A DNA stretch of 64,000 bases from Mustelus asterias (GCF_964213995.1 NW_027590882.1:62001-126000); one strand, 5' to 3'; positions 1 to 14,198 are shown, numbered from the stretch's first letter. Notes: a model not told the origin generated them from the letters alone. Program-made: numbers and translations.

Positions 1-1319
1 GTGCTACTACTGTTGCTCCTTCCATTCCAAACAGAACTGCATTGGACGATGAAATGGATTCAGGTGTGAACTCATTGACTGGGGTATCAAAATCCAGAGG
101 CTTCCTGATCAGAAGTTCCGCTTCAAGCAATTCAATCTCGCTTGTTTTAAATGGCGACTTAACTTTAAAAGATCCTCTTTTCGGTCACTTTTTTCCACTG
201 TTATTTTGATTTGAAATTCGTGGTTCTGCGAAAATTCTACTGCTTATGCTACATAAACATTTCAATTATGCATTTCAGCAACAGCGTGGAGCTAGCATTG
301 ACATGGTGTCTGCCTGCATTAGTGTCGGAGACATTTTTGAAAACAGCATTTTCAATTTTAGGACGTATAGAACTTCGATTTTTATATTCTTTGCTTAGAA
401 TAGTAGAATCCTATTCCGGAGAAAGCAGCCACTCAGCCCACAGTGACAATGGCAGCCCTTTACAGGGCAATCTAGGTAATGGCACCTCACATGTTCCTTT
501 TGGTTGTTTTACTCTGGTAGTTATTTTAAACATTGTATTTTAATGCATGCAATTTAAGAGCGTAAGATACGTTAAATCAGCAAGGGTCTGATCGGATTTT
601 CATCAAACTTTTAGATTGTTGCCAAGGTGATATTCTCTCTCCCGTACTTAATCTTGGACTCCAGATTTTCCTCCCAGTGCCACGGAGGCACCAATCCCCA
701 GCCTGTGCATCTGGGCCCTTAGAGATAATCGAGCCACCACTTGCCGCCGTGCAGAGCTTTATCATGACACGGCATTTCACAAGTAAGATGAACAAGAGTT
801 TTTGAACATCTCGCCATGAGCTTAGCCTAAAATCAGGTTATTGCTCTCAAGTTATTTTACAGATGGGACATTCGTACACATTTAAGACCATCCGGTTAGT
901 CAGGGGAAGCGAGAGTTATGGGGCTAAGGTGGTAAAGTGGAGTTGAGGATAATATCAAACCAACCATGATTTCATTGAAAGGCGAAGCAGCTCCTGTGGG
1001 CCGAATGGTCTACTTCTACTCCTCCGTCTTATGCTCTTCTGGTTCGTTAATCACACCTTTGTGCATATCTGTCACCTTGTTATTTTTTCATATGCATCGC
1101 TTATAATATTGAATAAATTTGCAGTCTTTAATGAAGGGTGTCTTCTGCTTCTTTGTTAACGCGATGGCAAGACATGCATTTGGTTTGGTTGACAGAGAGC
1201 TCTTGTAGTCGCGCAGCACAAATGGAGGCCACTGAGCCCATCATGAGGATACCAGCTCCCCATGGCAGATCCCGCCAATTGGAGCCAATTTATTTTTTAA
1301 AGTCTCTCATAGCAGGAAG

Positions 1320-4300
1320 GGCTTGGCTCTTAGTGAGCAATTAATGGAGGGGTCACCTGTGGTTGTCCCCCTCCAAAACAAGTATATTGCTTTGGATAGT
1401 GTGGAGGAGGATGACTCTCCAGGGGTAAGCCACAGTGACCAGGTCACTGGCACAGAATCAGGTTCTGTGGCCCGGAAAGGAAAGAGAGGAATTCGGAGAG
1501 CAATAGTGGTGGGGGATGCGTCGGTTCGAGGCACGGATAGGCGATTCTGTGGGTGCGAACGGGACTCCAGGATGGTAGTCTGCCTACCTGGTGTTGGGGT
1601 ACTGGATGTCTCCGAGCGGATAGGAGGCATATTAAAAGGGGAAGATAAAGAAACGGATGTCGTTGTACACATTGGTGCAAATGACGTAGATAGGAAGAGC
1701 AGGGGGATCGTACGAGAGCAATTCAGGGAGTTGGGAAATAGGCGAAAAGGTAGGGCCTCCAGGGTAGCAATAGCTGGGCTGCTCCCAATGTCTCGTGCCA
1801 GTGAGGCTAGGAATAGGGAGTTAATACAATTGAACGCTTGGCTAAAGGACTGGTCCAGGAGGGAGGGCTTCATTTTCCTGGATCATTGGGAAGTTTTCAA
1901 GAGAGGATGGCACCTGTACAAGAAGGATGGGTCACAACTAAATTGGAAGGGCACGAATATCCTGGCTGGGAGTTTTGCTCGTGCAGTTCGGGTGGGTTTA
2001 AACTAATATGGCAGGGGGGTGGGGATCAAAAAATTAGGTCTACAAGTGTAGAGGCTGGGGACGAGCTTGGGGCCAGGACAAGGCTGGCAAAGAAGAAGAG
2101 CACTCTGGGGGAGGATGAACTCACTGGGCCTGGAGGTCTGGAGTGCCTCTACTTCAAAGCAAGGAGCGTAGCAGGTAAGACAGACGAACTTAGGGCCTTA
2201 ATGCTTACGAAGAATTTGGATGTAGTTGCGGTGACAGAGACTTGGTTGAAAGAGAGACAGGACTGGCAGCTGAATATTCCGGGGTACAAGTGTTTTAGGC
2301 GAGACAGAGGAGGGGCCAAAAGAGGTGGGGGAGTAGCAGTATTCGTTAGAGAACATATTACAGCGGTGCAGAGGGAGGACAATTCAGAGGGGTCGTGTAA
2401 CGAGTCACTGTGGGTGGAGCTCAGAAACAGGAAGGGCGCAGTCACTATGTTGGGGATATACTACAGGCCCTCCAACAGCCCAAGGGAAGTGGAAGAACGG
2501 ATATGTCAGGAGATACTGGATAGGTGCAGGAAAAAATAGGGTTGTTGCAGTGGGAGACTTCAATTTCCCTGGTATAGAATGGAAATCGCTTAGAGCTGGG
2601 ACTCTCAATGGGGAGGAATTTGTAAAATGCGTACAGGAAGGTTCTTTGGAACAATATGTAGATAGCCCGACTAGAGAGGGGGCTATACTGGACCTAGTAC
2701 TGGGGAATGAGCCCGGTCAGGTCTTCAAAGTTTCAGTAGGAGAACATGTGGCAAATAGTGACCACAATTCTGTTAGCTTTAGGATAGCGATGGAAAAGGA
2801 TGAGTGGTGTCCCAAGGGTAAGGTGTTGAATTGGGGGAAGGCTAACTTTAGTGGGATTAGGCAGAAATTGGCAGTTGTTGATTGGGAGAGACTGTTTGAG
2901 GGTAAATCCACAACTGGCATGTGGGAGTCTTTTAAGGAACAGTTGTTAGGGCTGCAGGACAGGCATGTGCCTGTAAAAAAGAAGGATAGGAAGGGTAGGA
3001 TTCGAGAACCGTGGATAAACAGGGAAATTGAGGGACTGGTCAAAAAGAAAAGGGAGGCGTACGTTAGGTCCAGGCAGTTAAAAACGGAGGGAGCTCTGGA
3101 GGAATACAAAGAAAGTCGGAAAGAACTCAAAAGAGGAATTAGAAGGGCAAAAAGGGGTCACGAAATGTTCTTGGCAGACAGGATTAAGGAGAATCCCAAG
3201 GCATTTTATTCATACGTTAGGAACAAAAGGGGTGTCAGGGAAAAAATCAGACCTCTCAGGGACAAAAGTGGGGAATTATGCTCAGAGCCCAAAGAAGTAG
3301 GGGAGATCCTAAATGAATACTTTGCGTTGGTATTCACAAAGGAGAGGGATGTGTTGACTGGGAGTGTCTCGGAGGGGAGTGTTGAACCATTAGAGAAAAT
3401 CTCCACTACAAGGGAGGAAGTGTTAGGTTTTTTAGAGAATATAAAGACTGACAAGTCCCCAGGGCCTGATGGAATCTATCCAAGGCTGCTCAGGGAGACG
3501 AGAGATAAAATCGCTGGGCCTCTGACGCAAATCTTTATCTCATCACTGGACACAGGTGAGGTCCCAGAGGATTGGAGGATAGCTAATGTGGTCCCGTTAT
3601 TTAAGAAGGGTAGGAAGGATAACCCGGGTAATTATAGGCCGGTGAGCTTGACGTCCATGGTAGGGAAGTTGTTGGAGAGAATTCTTAGAGATAGGATGTA
3701 TGCACATTTAGAAAGGAATAAACTCATTAACGATAGTCAGCATGGTTTTGTGAGAAGGAGGTCATGCCTCACTAACCTGGTGGAGTTTTTTGAAGAAGTG
3801 ACTAGAATGGTTGACGAGGGAAGGGCCGTGGATGTCGTCTCTATGGACTTTAGTAAAGCGTTTGACAAAGTCCCTCACGGTAGGCTGGTGCAAAAGGTTG
3901 GATCTCATGGGATAAAGGGGGAGGTGGCTAGATGGGTGGAGAACTGGCTTGTCACAGAAGACAGAGGGTGGGAGTGGAAGGGTCTTTTACCGGCTGGAGG
4001 CCTGTGACGAGTGGTGTTCCGCAGGGCTCTGTATTGGGACCTCTGCTGTTTGTGATTTACATAAACGATCTGGAAGAAGATGTAACTGGGGTGATCAGTA
4101 AGTTTGCGGACGACACGAAATTGGCTGGAATTGGCGATAGTGAGGAACATTGTCAGAGACTACAGATGGATATAGATCGGCTGGAAATTTGGGCAAAGAA
4201 ATGGCAGATGGAGTTCAAACCAGATCAATGCGAAGTGATGCATTTTGGTAGAGCTAATGTAGGGGGGAGCAATGCGATAAATGGCAGAATCATAAAGGGT

Positions 4301-5010
4301 GTAGATACGCAGAGGGACCTGGGTGTGCAATTCCACAGATCCTTGAAGGTGACGTCACAGGTGGAGAAGGTGGTGAAAAAGGCATATGGCATGCTAGCCT
4401 TTATAGGACGGGGTATAGAGTATAAAGGTTGGGATCTGATGTTGCAGATGCATAGAACGTTGGTTCGGCCGCATTTGGAATACTGCATCCAGTTCTGGTC
4501 GCCACACTACCAGAAGGACTTGGAGGCTTTAGAGAGAGTGCAGAGGAGGTTTACCAGGATGTTGCCTGGTTTGGAGGGGCTTAGTTATGAGGAGAGATTG
4601 AGTAAACTGGGGTTGTTTTCACTGGAAAGACGGAGGATGAGGGGAGACCTAATAGAGGTGTATAAAATTATGAAAGACATAGATAGGGTGAACGGTGGGA
4701 AGCTTTTTCCCAGGCCGGTGGTGACGTTCACGAGGGGTCATAGGTTCAAGGTGAGAGGCGGGGGGGAGGTTTAACATGGATATCAGAAGGACATATTTTA
4801 CACAGAGGGTGGTGGGGGCCTGGAATGCGCTGCCAGGCAAGGTGGTGGAGGTGGGCACACTGGGAACGTTTAAGACTTATCTCGATAGCCACATGAACGG
4901 AGTGGGTATGGAGGGATACAAAAGAATGGTCTAGTTTGGACCAGGGAGCGGCGGGGGCTTGGAGGGCCGAAGGGCCTCTTCCTGTACCGTATTGTTCTTT
5001 GTTCTTTGTT
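1320..5010 (+). mobile_element. CR1-clade LINE, near full length: ORF1 with SGNH/GDSL esterase domain (1323-2006) plus frameshifted ORF2 (APE endonuclease + RT)
   Basis: ORF1 motifs VVGDASVR, VVHIGAND, DGSQLNWKG; endonuclease motifs VAVTETWL, YYRP, GDFNFP, SDHN; RT motifs PGPDG, NYRPVSLTS, DFSKAFD, GVPQGSVLGP, KFADD. Frameshifts near 2535, 3950 and 4765; (TTCTTTG)n-like 3' tail. Confidence 0.95.
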
Positions 5011-5740
5011 GAAAAAAGCTTCTGACTACCCACTCTGTCCATGCCCCTCATAATCTTGCACATTTTTATCAGGTCACCCCTCAACCTCCGTCGTTCCAGT
5101 GAGAACAACGCAAGTTTCTCCAACCTCCCCTCATAACTAATGCCCTCCATACCAGGCACCATCCCGGTAAATCTTTTATGTACCCTCTCCAAAGCCTCCA
5201 CATCTTTCTGGTAGTGTAGCGACCAGAATTGAACACTATATTCCAAGTGCGGCCTAACTAAGGTTCTATAAGCTGCAACATGACTTGCCAATTTTTAAAT
5301 TCAATGCCCCGGCTGATGAAGGCAAGCATGCCGTATGCCTTCTTGACTACCTTTTCCACCTGGGTTGCCACTTTCAATGACCTTTACACCTGATCCCTCT
5401 GCTATCAATACTCTTCAGGTTTCTGCCCTTTACTGTATATTTCCTATCTGCATTATACCTTCCAAAATGCATTACCTCACATTTGTCCGGATTGAGCTCC
5501 ATCTGCCATCTCTCCGCTCAAGCCTGTAACCGAACTATATCCTGCTGCATCCTCAGATGGTCCTCATCGCTATCTGCAGGTCTACCAATCCGCAAATCTA
5601 CCAACCTTTGTTTCGTCTGCAAACTTACTAATCAATCCGGTTACATTTTCTTCCAAATCATTTATATATATTACAAACAGCAAAGTCCCAGCACTGATCC
5701 CTGAGGAACGCCACTTGTCACAGCCCTCCATTCAGAAACA
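5011..5740 (-). mobile_element. CR1 LINE ORF2 3' fragment, tail-to-tail with the previous element
   Basis: Minus-strand translation YRTLVRPHLEYSVQFWS...[14 protein letters not shown]. Confidence 0.9.
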
Positions 5741-6431
5741 CTTTTATTTTAGTGGTCTAACCATTATAATGCCGTCCCCCCACTCACATCCTCCCCCACC
5801 CCCACCCCCCCCCCCCGCCCCACCCCCCTCCCCAACCCGCCGAAAAATATGACAACGAAAAACAATGGAAGTTAAGGTAATTCCTGATAGGAATAACGAA
5901 TTGAAGAGCTAACTGGTCACCTGGAAGCGAGAAGAACCCAAAAATGTTCCCAATACCCAAAGCGAAACGCTGCTCCTGTGCCTGGTTTGACTACATTGGC
6001 TGCAGCAGTGATTAGGGCCATTTGGAATGGGCTATAAACGTTAGCCAGGCCAGCGACTCCCACACACAATGTATTTGTTGCTTCACCCAGCGGTACGTGC
6101 ATTTCCGGCAGGGCCAGAATGTATTTCCCATCCCGAATCACCATTGAACCGCGTGGCTTGCATTGACCATGGTGTTGTACTTGAAGTCTCATGCAGTGAA
6201 CCAGATGGGTTTTAACAACAATTGACTCATGGTTCGATTGTTGAATTCCAGGTTGCTTTTATTGAATTCAGATTTCTCCAACTGCCATGGCAGGAATGCA
6301 ATCCTCATGTGTGTCCGAAGCTTTAGCCCTGGCTTTCTGGATTAATCGTCATGCCGTTACAACACCCCTGAAGGGGGAGGGAGGAACAATTGATCATGGT
6401 GGGTTTTGTGCCCGTGTTCACCATAGAATAT

Positions 6432-6755
6432 AATAATAGAATCGTAAAAACCATACACTGCAGAAAGTGGCCGTTCGGCCCATCGAGTCTGCACTGCTTC
6501 TCCGAAAGAGAAATCAACCCAGACCCTCCCCTCTGCCCACGGTCAATCCACCTAACCTGCACATCTGTGGGCACAAAGGTGCATTTTGCCATGGCCAATC
6601 TACCCAATCTGCACATCCTTGGACTGAGGGAGACCAGAGCACCCGGATGAAACCCACGCAGACACGGCGAGAACGTGCAAACTCAACACAGGCAGCCACC
6701 CAAGGCTGGAATCGAACCCGTACCTCTCGCACTGCAGAGCTAACCACTGTGCCGA
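6432..6755 (-). mobile_element. HE1-like V-SINE (diverged)
   Basis: tRNA-like head (GGTTAGC...GGTTCGATTCC), V-domain-like core, CR1-like tail CTCGATGGGCCGAA. Confidence 0.75.
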
Positions 6756-7667
6756 GGACTCTGGATGACTTGCCCAGAGACCGCTCCCCCGAGCAACAAA
6801 CCCATAAAACTTTCGTGTGACTTCTCAACCTGTACTTGATATTTTAAGAGGAATGATCCAGCTCTCTAACAGGAATGGCACAAATTACACTTCTCAGTCT
6901 CGAAGTCCATGCTCTGAATTTCCTATCAGGTGTTGATTTTCTTTTGCTTCTCGGCAGTAGGGGGGTTAATCGACTTTGGCTTGCTTATTTTGATAGAAAC
7001 TGTTGAGATAAAATGATACATGCGTTCACTGCTGATTGGGGGAACCAGGGTCTGGTTGACAAGGCGACCAACGGCAGCAGGATGTGAGCCGAGTGTGCGG
7101 TTTCAGTCAAGAGGTCGCTGAGCCTCTCAGTTTACTCAAAGACCAGAACGTGTGGTTTAATCACCCGGGACTGGAAACTCCAGCAGCGAGGTGGCAGTTA
7201 GGCAGTGCGGGGGGAGGGGTGAGAGGCCAGATGTTGCCAACTGTCGACAAGCATGAATCTTTTCAGAGACTTTCCCAGCGACTGAAGCTGCAGTAGATTT
7301 CTGCAGACGACAGTTCCAAAGGCATACAGGCATCTGAGAGAAGAAACAATTATTTTCTTCGCCCTCTTTCCTATCTGTCCCGCAAAGGTTAAACATTCCG
7401 TCAGCTTCCACCCCTCACACCGCTGGCCCCATTACCCCTCCGAACCCCCACCTCCCCACAACAACCGCCCCCCTCCGCCCAAAAAAGATCATATATGTTT
7501 CAAAAAATCATCACTCAATCTTCTGCACTCCAATGGACTCTGTCCGATCTTTCCTCGTATAACCCCATTCCAACTCCCCAATTCAGTCGAGCTTCCCCGC
7601 CTTAAGAAAGAAAATCTGCGGTCTTTACGCCGTCTGGCTTTCATGACTCCTGACACGCAGTATTGTT

Positions 7668-7983
7668 TATTCATTCATGGAACATGGGCGTTTATTGACC
7701 ATCTCCAGTTGCCCTTGGAGGGCAGTTGACAGTCAACCACATTGATGTGGCTCTAGACTCACGTGTTGGCCAAACCAGGTAAGCACGGCAGATTTCCTTC
7801 CCCAAAGGACATCGTGACCCAACTGTTTTTTTTCTGACAATTGGCAATGATTTTACTGTCATCAGTAGATTCGAAATTTCAGATATTTTTATTGAATTGT
7901 GTTTCAAACACGGGACCCCAGAACATTAGCTGAGTTTTTGGATTGATACTCGAGCGATAATATCACTACGCCATTCCCTCCCC
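7668..7983 (-). mobile_element. SacSINE1-like DeuSINE
   Basis: tRNA-like head, core GGAAGGAAATCTGCC...CCTGGT..GGCC, 3' end ATGAATGAAT. Confidence 0.7.
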
Positions 7984-8035
7984 TGGGGAGATGGCCATTA
8001 GCAAACTATACTGTTCAAGGGAAATTAGCAAGAGC

Positions 8036-8255
8036 AACACAAAACCAGAAAATACTGGAAAAGCTCTGCAGCTCTGACATCATCTGTGAAGAGAGAATAG
8101 TGTTAGCGTTTCGAGTCCGGATGGCCCTGACGAATCGTCATCGAGACTCGAAACTTTGGCTCTATTCTCTCTCCACAGATGCTGTCAGACCCACTGAGAT
8201 ATTCCAGAATGTTTTGTTTTTGTTTTGGATTATAGAATCCGCAGTAATTTGCGTT
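8036..8255. mobile_element. Penelope-derived inverted terminal fragment (family B) with degenerate hammerhead motif
   Basis: Imperfect inverted arms around CTGACGA...CTCGAAAC (8127-8154); same sequence as the terminus at 60665-60770, which lies downstream of a GIY-YIG remnant. Confidence 0.65.
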
Positions 8256-10366
8256 TCGGACAAGCAACAATTTTTGGCCTTGCGAATAATACTGATAGCC
8301 CAATGAATGAAAATTATTGAGAAAGAATCCAAGAATTAACAAGTATCTGTTTAACCGATTCTTCAGGCAGCAACTATTAGTGAATCAAATGAAAGTGTTG
8401 CACTCCAGTCAATCCTGTCACTCATCCGGTTCATACATTAAGGAACGAGGCAATTCGGCCTAACGAGCGCATGCTTGCTATCTCAATGAGCTCAAAAAAA
8501 CCCACTGCATTTGCCGTTGGCACATGTCCCTCTGCATGTTATACTTTCGATTTTGTAATCATTCTCTTTTGAAAGTCACCACGGAAATGTTTACTCTGGT
8601 CTTTGAGACAATGAATCCCAAACCCTAACAATTGACAATGTAAACCCGACTTGCTCATCTTCGATTCCAGGAACAGTTCTTGCTCCGTCTCTTACACGTG
8701 CGCCTTACCAAGCCGCCGTGAAATTTTAATATGTATACAGTAACATACAGGCTACTGAGAAGTAGGAGTTGGTCACTTCCGGCCTGCTCTGCCAGTAAAT
8801 AAGATTATGGCCGATCTCATTATAAGCTTCTGCCAACACTGATCACCTTTCACACTCCTTGTTTACTAAGAATCTAGCTCCTTCTGCCTTTAAAAATATT
8901 GAAAGACTGCTTCCACTGCCTTCTGAGGAAGGGACTTCCAGGGGCACATGACCCTCTGAGAGGAAAACCTCCCCACTCTTCCTCTCCTAAACGTGCGACC
9001 CCTTATTTGTAAAGAGTGCCCTTGGGGCTTCAGTGGAGCATTGCAGCAGGCTAAGGAGGGACTCGTAGGCAGGAAGAGTGAAGATGAAAACAGGTTGTGC
9101 GTTGGAATTCTCGAAATGAGCCACACATTTCTTTTCAGGGAAGAAACCAGCGTGAACGTAAGAGTTCAAAGTGCAGCATTTCTGACAAAAACAGGAAACG
9201 CTGCTTGCATCATGCCAGCCGTAACTGCAAGTGAGAAACCGAGTTAAGGTTTCTGGTTCATGTCTTTGCATGAGGGCTGGAAGATGTAAGAGATGAAGAG
9301 TTATTTTTATTCTTCCGCCCTATGTGGTTGCTGCAGCCTCTCGCCTCTTGTCTCACTAAACATTTCAGAAGATAGCTAAATGTCGGCCACATTTCTCTAG
9401 GTCTTGTCTCACACATAGTCCAGGTCGTAGGCAGATTTCCTTTCTGAAAGAACATAAAAACTAGAAGCAGGAATAGGCCATCTGGCCCTCCGAGCCTGAT
9501 CCGCCATTCAATAAGATCATGGCTGATTTTTTCATGGGCTCAGCTCCGCTTACCCGCCCACTCACCATAACCCTGAATTCCTTAACTGCTCAAAAATCTA
9601 TCTTTGCCGTAAAAACGTTTAACGATGTAGCCTCAACTGCTTCACTGGACAGAGATTTATACAGATTCACAGCCATTTAGGTGAAGAGGTTCCTCCTCAA
9701 CACAGCCCAAAATCTCCTCATCTTTATTTTGAGGCCTTGTCCCTTAGTTCTAATTTCATCTGCCATGGAAACAACCTCCTTGCTTCTATCTTATCTATTC
9801 CTTTCATAATTGTATGCGTTTCTATAAGAACCCCCATTTTCTTCCAAACTCCATTGAGCATTGGTACAGCATTGGTGCGCAGAATGTGCTTTTGCAACAA
9901 CGGATGACAGTTTTCTTAAGTTCTCTATTATTCAGCCGAATTTTCAAATCTGCATTTGTATTAATTACATTTAAATTCCACCTGTCACCGTTGGTGGGAT
10001 TTGAACTCGTGTTTCCAGAGCACCAGACAATACTTCCACGAGCCACAGCCATTACCGCGATAAAATCACAAGGGCAGTAGATACCTGAGGACACCATCAA
10101 AAGGAGATTCACCCTCCAAGTCACTCACCATCCCGACTTGGGAATATATCGGCAGTTCCTTCAGTACTGCTGGGTCATAATCCTGGAATTGTCAGAAATG
10201 TATATCTTTCAATGAGATCTCCCATTCTTCAGAATTTAATTGAATGCACACCTCAATCTCTCCTCAAAGGACAATGCTTACATCCCAAGTATCAGTCTGG
10301 TGAACTTGTGGTGCACCCCATCTATAAGAAGTATGTTCTTTCTCGCCTTCCTATCTAAACCCAGAT

Positions 10367-10675
10367 TGGCGGGACATTGACATAGTGGTTAGCACTGCTG
10401 CATCATAGCACCAGGGACCCGGGTTCGATTCCTGGCTTGGGTCACTATCTGTGCGAAGTGTGCATGTTGTCCCCGTGTCTGCTTAGGTTTTCTCCGGGTG
10501 CTCCGGTTTCCTCCGACAGTCTGAAAGATGTACTGGTTAGGTGCATTGACCAAGCTAAATTCTAAATCAATGTACTGGAACAGGCGCCGGAGTGTGACGA
10601 CTAGAGGATTTTCACAGTGACATTATTGCAGCATTAATGTAAGCCTACTTGTGACACAAATAAATAAACTTAAAA
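10367..10675 (+). mobile_element. V-SINE with HE1-like head and an alternative (non-CR1) tail
   Basis: Head TAGTGGTTAGCACTGCTG...GGGTTCGATTCC, V-domain GGGTGCTCCGGTTTCCTCC, tail ...CTACTTGTGACACAAATAAATAAACTT. Confidence 0.8.
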
Positions 10676-11274
10676 GTTATTGCTGAATGCAAAAATTCAA
10701 ATTGCATTCGGTGCACTGAGGGTGCTGGGTGGGGAATTGGATTGAACCCCTGTGCCCAGAATATTAGTCTCGGACTCTTCAGTGACATGGTCATTGCCCT
10801 ACGATCTCCACCTTCCAAATATGTTATTCAGATTTGAATTAATTATTGAGCAACCCATATGAATGCATGAACATTTCTGTTTCAGTGTCCAGATGCGCCC
10901 TACGTCCGCCCCCTGCTGACTGCCCATTGCACAGCGGGAACAGGCGGATGCCACGATTCTCTCTGTCTTTCCTCTGGATGACCAGAGGTGCAGAAAATAA
11001 TACAACTCAAACATTAGGCTGCAAACGGCAAGAACCAAAAGTACAACTGCAGAGTCCAAAAGCAGAAAGAAAGGCACATTCTGGGCTGTTTCGACGGTTT
11101 CAGGGCATAGAAATTAATCTGTTCTTATGTGTGCTGTAGATTTGAACCTAACGGCTCAGCGCTGAAAGAGTAAATCGAAAAGTGAGCATGCGATGAGCAG
11201 GAGCTACTGTAAGTGCTTCAGTGCAAGGGAGCCCCATCAGTAAGCCTTGCAGTCATGGAGTATAGTGAGGAATC

Positions 11275-12050
11275 TCACTCTCTCTCTCTCTCTCTCTCTC
11301 ACTCTCTCTCACGCACACATACTCTCACACACGCACATACACACACTCAAATAAACACGCACACAGGAAAACGCACACTCAGACATGCACACACACTCAG
11401 GTAAACGCGCGCACACACTCAGACAATCAGAAACAAACACACATACAAACACGCACCCAAACGCACAGACAAATACACGCACACAAACACACACCCATAG
11501 GCATACACACACACTCAGACAGAAATGCAAACTCTCTTAGACAAAAGCTGACACACACAAACACAGACGTCGACAAAGACACACAGATTACCTCAGGCAA
11601 AATAACACACACAAATATACACACGCACACACACAGATACATACATGCACACAAGCACACGCATAGATACACACACTGTCAGATAAACACACACACAGGC
11701 ACACACACACATTGACAAGCAAACACAAACACACACTCTCAGACAATACAAATATACACACACTCAAACAAGAACATAGAAACACACACACTCTCATAGA
11801 GCAGACACAAATGCTCAGACAAACTCAGACACACATACACACACGCTGCCTCTCAGCTAAATACACACACTCAGACAATCACAAACACAGACACACACAA
11901 ACAGAATTTCAGAAATCATACGCACGGATACACCCACACAGACCCCAGACAGACACACACATGCAGTATCAAAAGAACATGCAGAGAAAGATATACACTG
12001 TTGCTCAGGGAAAACAAAAAACATACACAGACCCACACACACAGAAACAG
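11275..12050. repeat. Degenerate (CA)n/CAGA-rich low-complexity tract
   Basis: Directly visible; source of the spurious HT-rich and CV-rich ORFs. Confidence 0.95.
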
Positions 12051-12054
12051 AAAA

Positions 12055-13690
12055 AATAGAAACCGGAAAGGCCTTTCGAGCCTTCTTCGCCACTCATTAT
12101 GATCATGGATGATCATCAAATTCAATATCCTGATCGTGCCTTCCCTCCAAATCCCTTGATCCCTTTAGCCCCAAGAGTTATGTCTAATTTCTTCTTGAAA
12201 TCCTGCAACGTTTTGGTCATAATCACTTCCTGTGGTAGTGAATTCCACAGATTCACCACTGTCTGGGTGATGAAGTTTCTCCTTCACCTCAGTTCGAAAG
12301 GTTTTACCCCTTATCCTCAAACTATGACCCCCCTAGTTCTCGACTCCCCAGCCGTCTGGTATATTCTTTCTGAATTTACCCTGTCTAATACATTTAGAAT
12401 TTTATCAGTCGCTATGAGATTCCTTCTCACTCTTCTAAACTCCAAATAATATAATCCTAACTGACTTCGTCTCTCCTCACACGACAGACCAGGAATCAGT
12501 CTGGTAAATCTTCACTGCCCTCGCTCTGCAGTAAGGACATCCTTCCTCAGATAAGGACACCAACACTGCACACAATACTCCAGTTGTGGGCTCACCAACG
12601 CCCTATAAAATTGCAGTAAAATATCCCTATCCTTATACTCAAATGCTATCGTTATGAAGGCCAGCATACCACTTGCCTTCTTTACCGCCTGCTGAACCTG
12701 TGGTGCTTTCTTTCAGCGCCAATACACGTGGATGCCAAGCTGTCGCTGAATATTCACCTCTCAATTTATTCAAATAATAATCTGCCGTCCTATTGTTGCC
12801 ACCGAAGTGGATGATCTCGCATTTGCCCACATTATACTGCATCTTCTATGCATATGCCCAATCACTCTGCCTGTTTAAATCACGCTGAAGCATCGCTGCA
12901 TCCTTCTCAGAGCTCACCCTCTCACCTAACTTTGCGTCACCTGCAAATTGGAGAAAACACATTTAGTTCCCTCTTTGAAATCAATTATACATAATATGAA
13001 CAGTTGGACTCCTAGCATGGATCCCTGCGGTACCCCACTGGTCACTACCAGCCAATTGGAAAAACACTCATTTCTGCCAACTCTTTGCTTCCTATCTGCT
13101 AAGCAGCTTTCTATCCAGCTCAAGACACTATCCAGGCCACTTTTATGGTCGTACGCTATATGAGACCTTGCCGAAAGCCTTTTAAAGTCTCAATAACCCA
13201 TACCCACCAGTTTTCCTTGGTCACCACTATTAGTTACATTCTCACACAATTTACCAAGCATGATTTCCCCTTTGCTAATCCATGTTTACTTCGTCTGATT
13301 TTACCACTGCCTTCCAAATGCTGAGTTATGAAATCCTTAATAATTGATTCGAGCAATTTCCCAGTTCTAATGTTCGGCTCTTTGCCTTATGGTTCACCCT
13401 ATTTCTCTCTACCTCCCTTTTTGAATGGCGGGCGTATATTAGCTACGCTCCAATCTGTAGCGACCAGTTTAGAGTCTAAATATATTTTCGAAAATGCCCA
13501 CAAATGGATCAACTATTTGTTATGTTTCCCGCCTTCTTACTTTCATACTCTATTTTTTCCCTTCCGAATCAATTCCTTTTGTGCTGAATTGAAACTGCTC
13601 CAAATTCTCAGGTCTATGGATTTATTTGCCAATTTGCATGTTTCTTCTTCCCTTGTACGCGATGGCTTGGCCACAGTTCCCTTACCAGTC
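12055..13690 (-). mobile_element. Old CR1 LINE ORF2 3' portion
   Basis: Fragments VTSGVPQGSMLG and MQYNVGKCEIIHFG; many stops. Confidence 0.85.
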
Positions 13691-13724
13691 TTCCACATCC
13701 TCTGTGCTAATGTCTTTCTTCAAT

Positions 13725-14043
13725 ATCACATAGGATCCCTACAGTGCAGAAGGAGGCCATTCGGATTATTGAGTCTGCACCGACCACAATCCCAGACCCT
13801 ATTTCCGTAACCCAAATTATTTACCCTGTCAATCCCCTGACACGAGGGTCAATTTCGCATGGCCAATCAAGCTAACCCACACATCTTTGGACTGTGGGAG
13901 GAAACTGAGGCACCCGGAGGAAACCCACGCAGACACCGGGAGAATGTGCCAACTCCACACAGGCAGTGATCCGAGGTCGGAATTGGACCCGGGACCCTGT
14001 CACTGAGGCAGCAGTGCTAACCACTCTGCCACCGTGCTGCCCC
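13725..14043 (-). mobile_element. HE1-like V-SINE
   Basis: Reverse complement closely matches 14383-14732. Confidence 0.9.
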
Positions 14044-14198
14044 GCTTTAAGAAACAATGTACTCCATTTTTTTTGTTTTCTGTCTGTCCTTCCTAAACAT
14101 CGAATGGCCCTCAATGTTTAGTTCCCATCCTTGCTAACCTTGGAGCCATGTCACCATAATGCCAAGTATATCATACATTTTGATATATTTCAAATGTT

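Noticed and set aside
1-800. Open frames at the window start
   Set aside because: No recognisable motif or consistent splice structure; cannot be supported without a search.
11000-11080. Hydrophobic stretch leading to HLWSS, reminiscent of the TCR alpha constant C-terminus
   Set aside because: Lacks the conserved transmembrane Arg/Lys, does not stop after WSS, and no C-domain exon was found.
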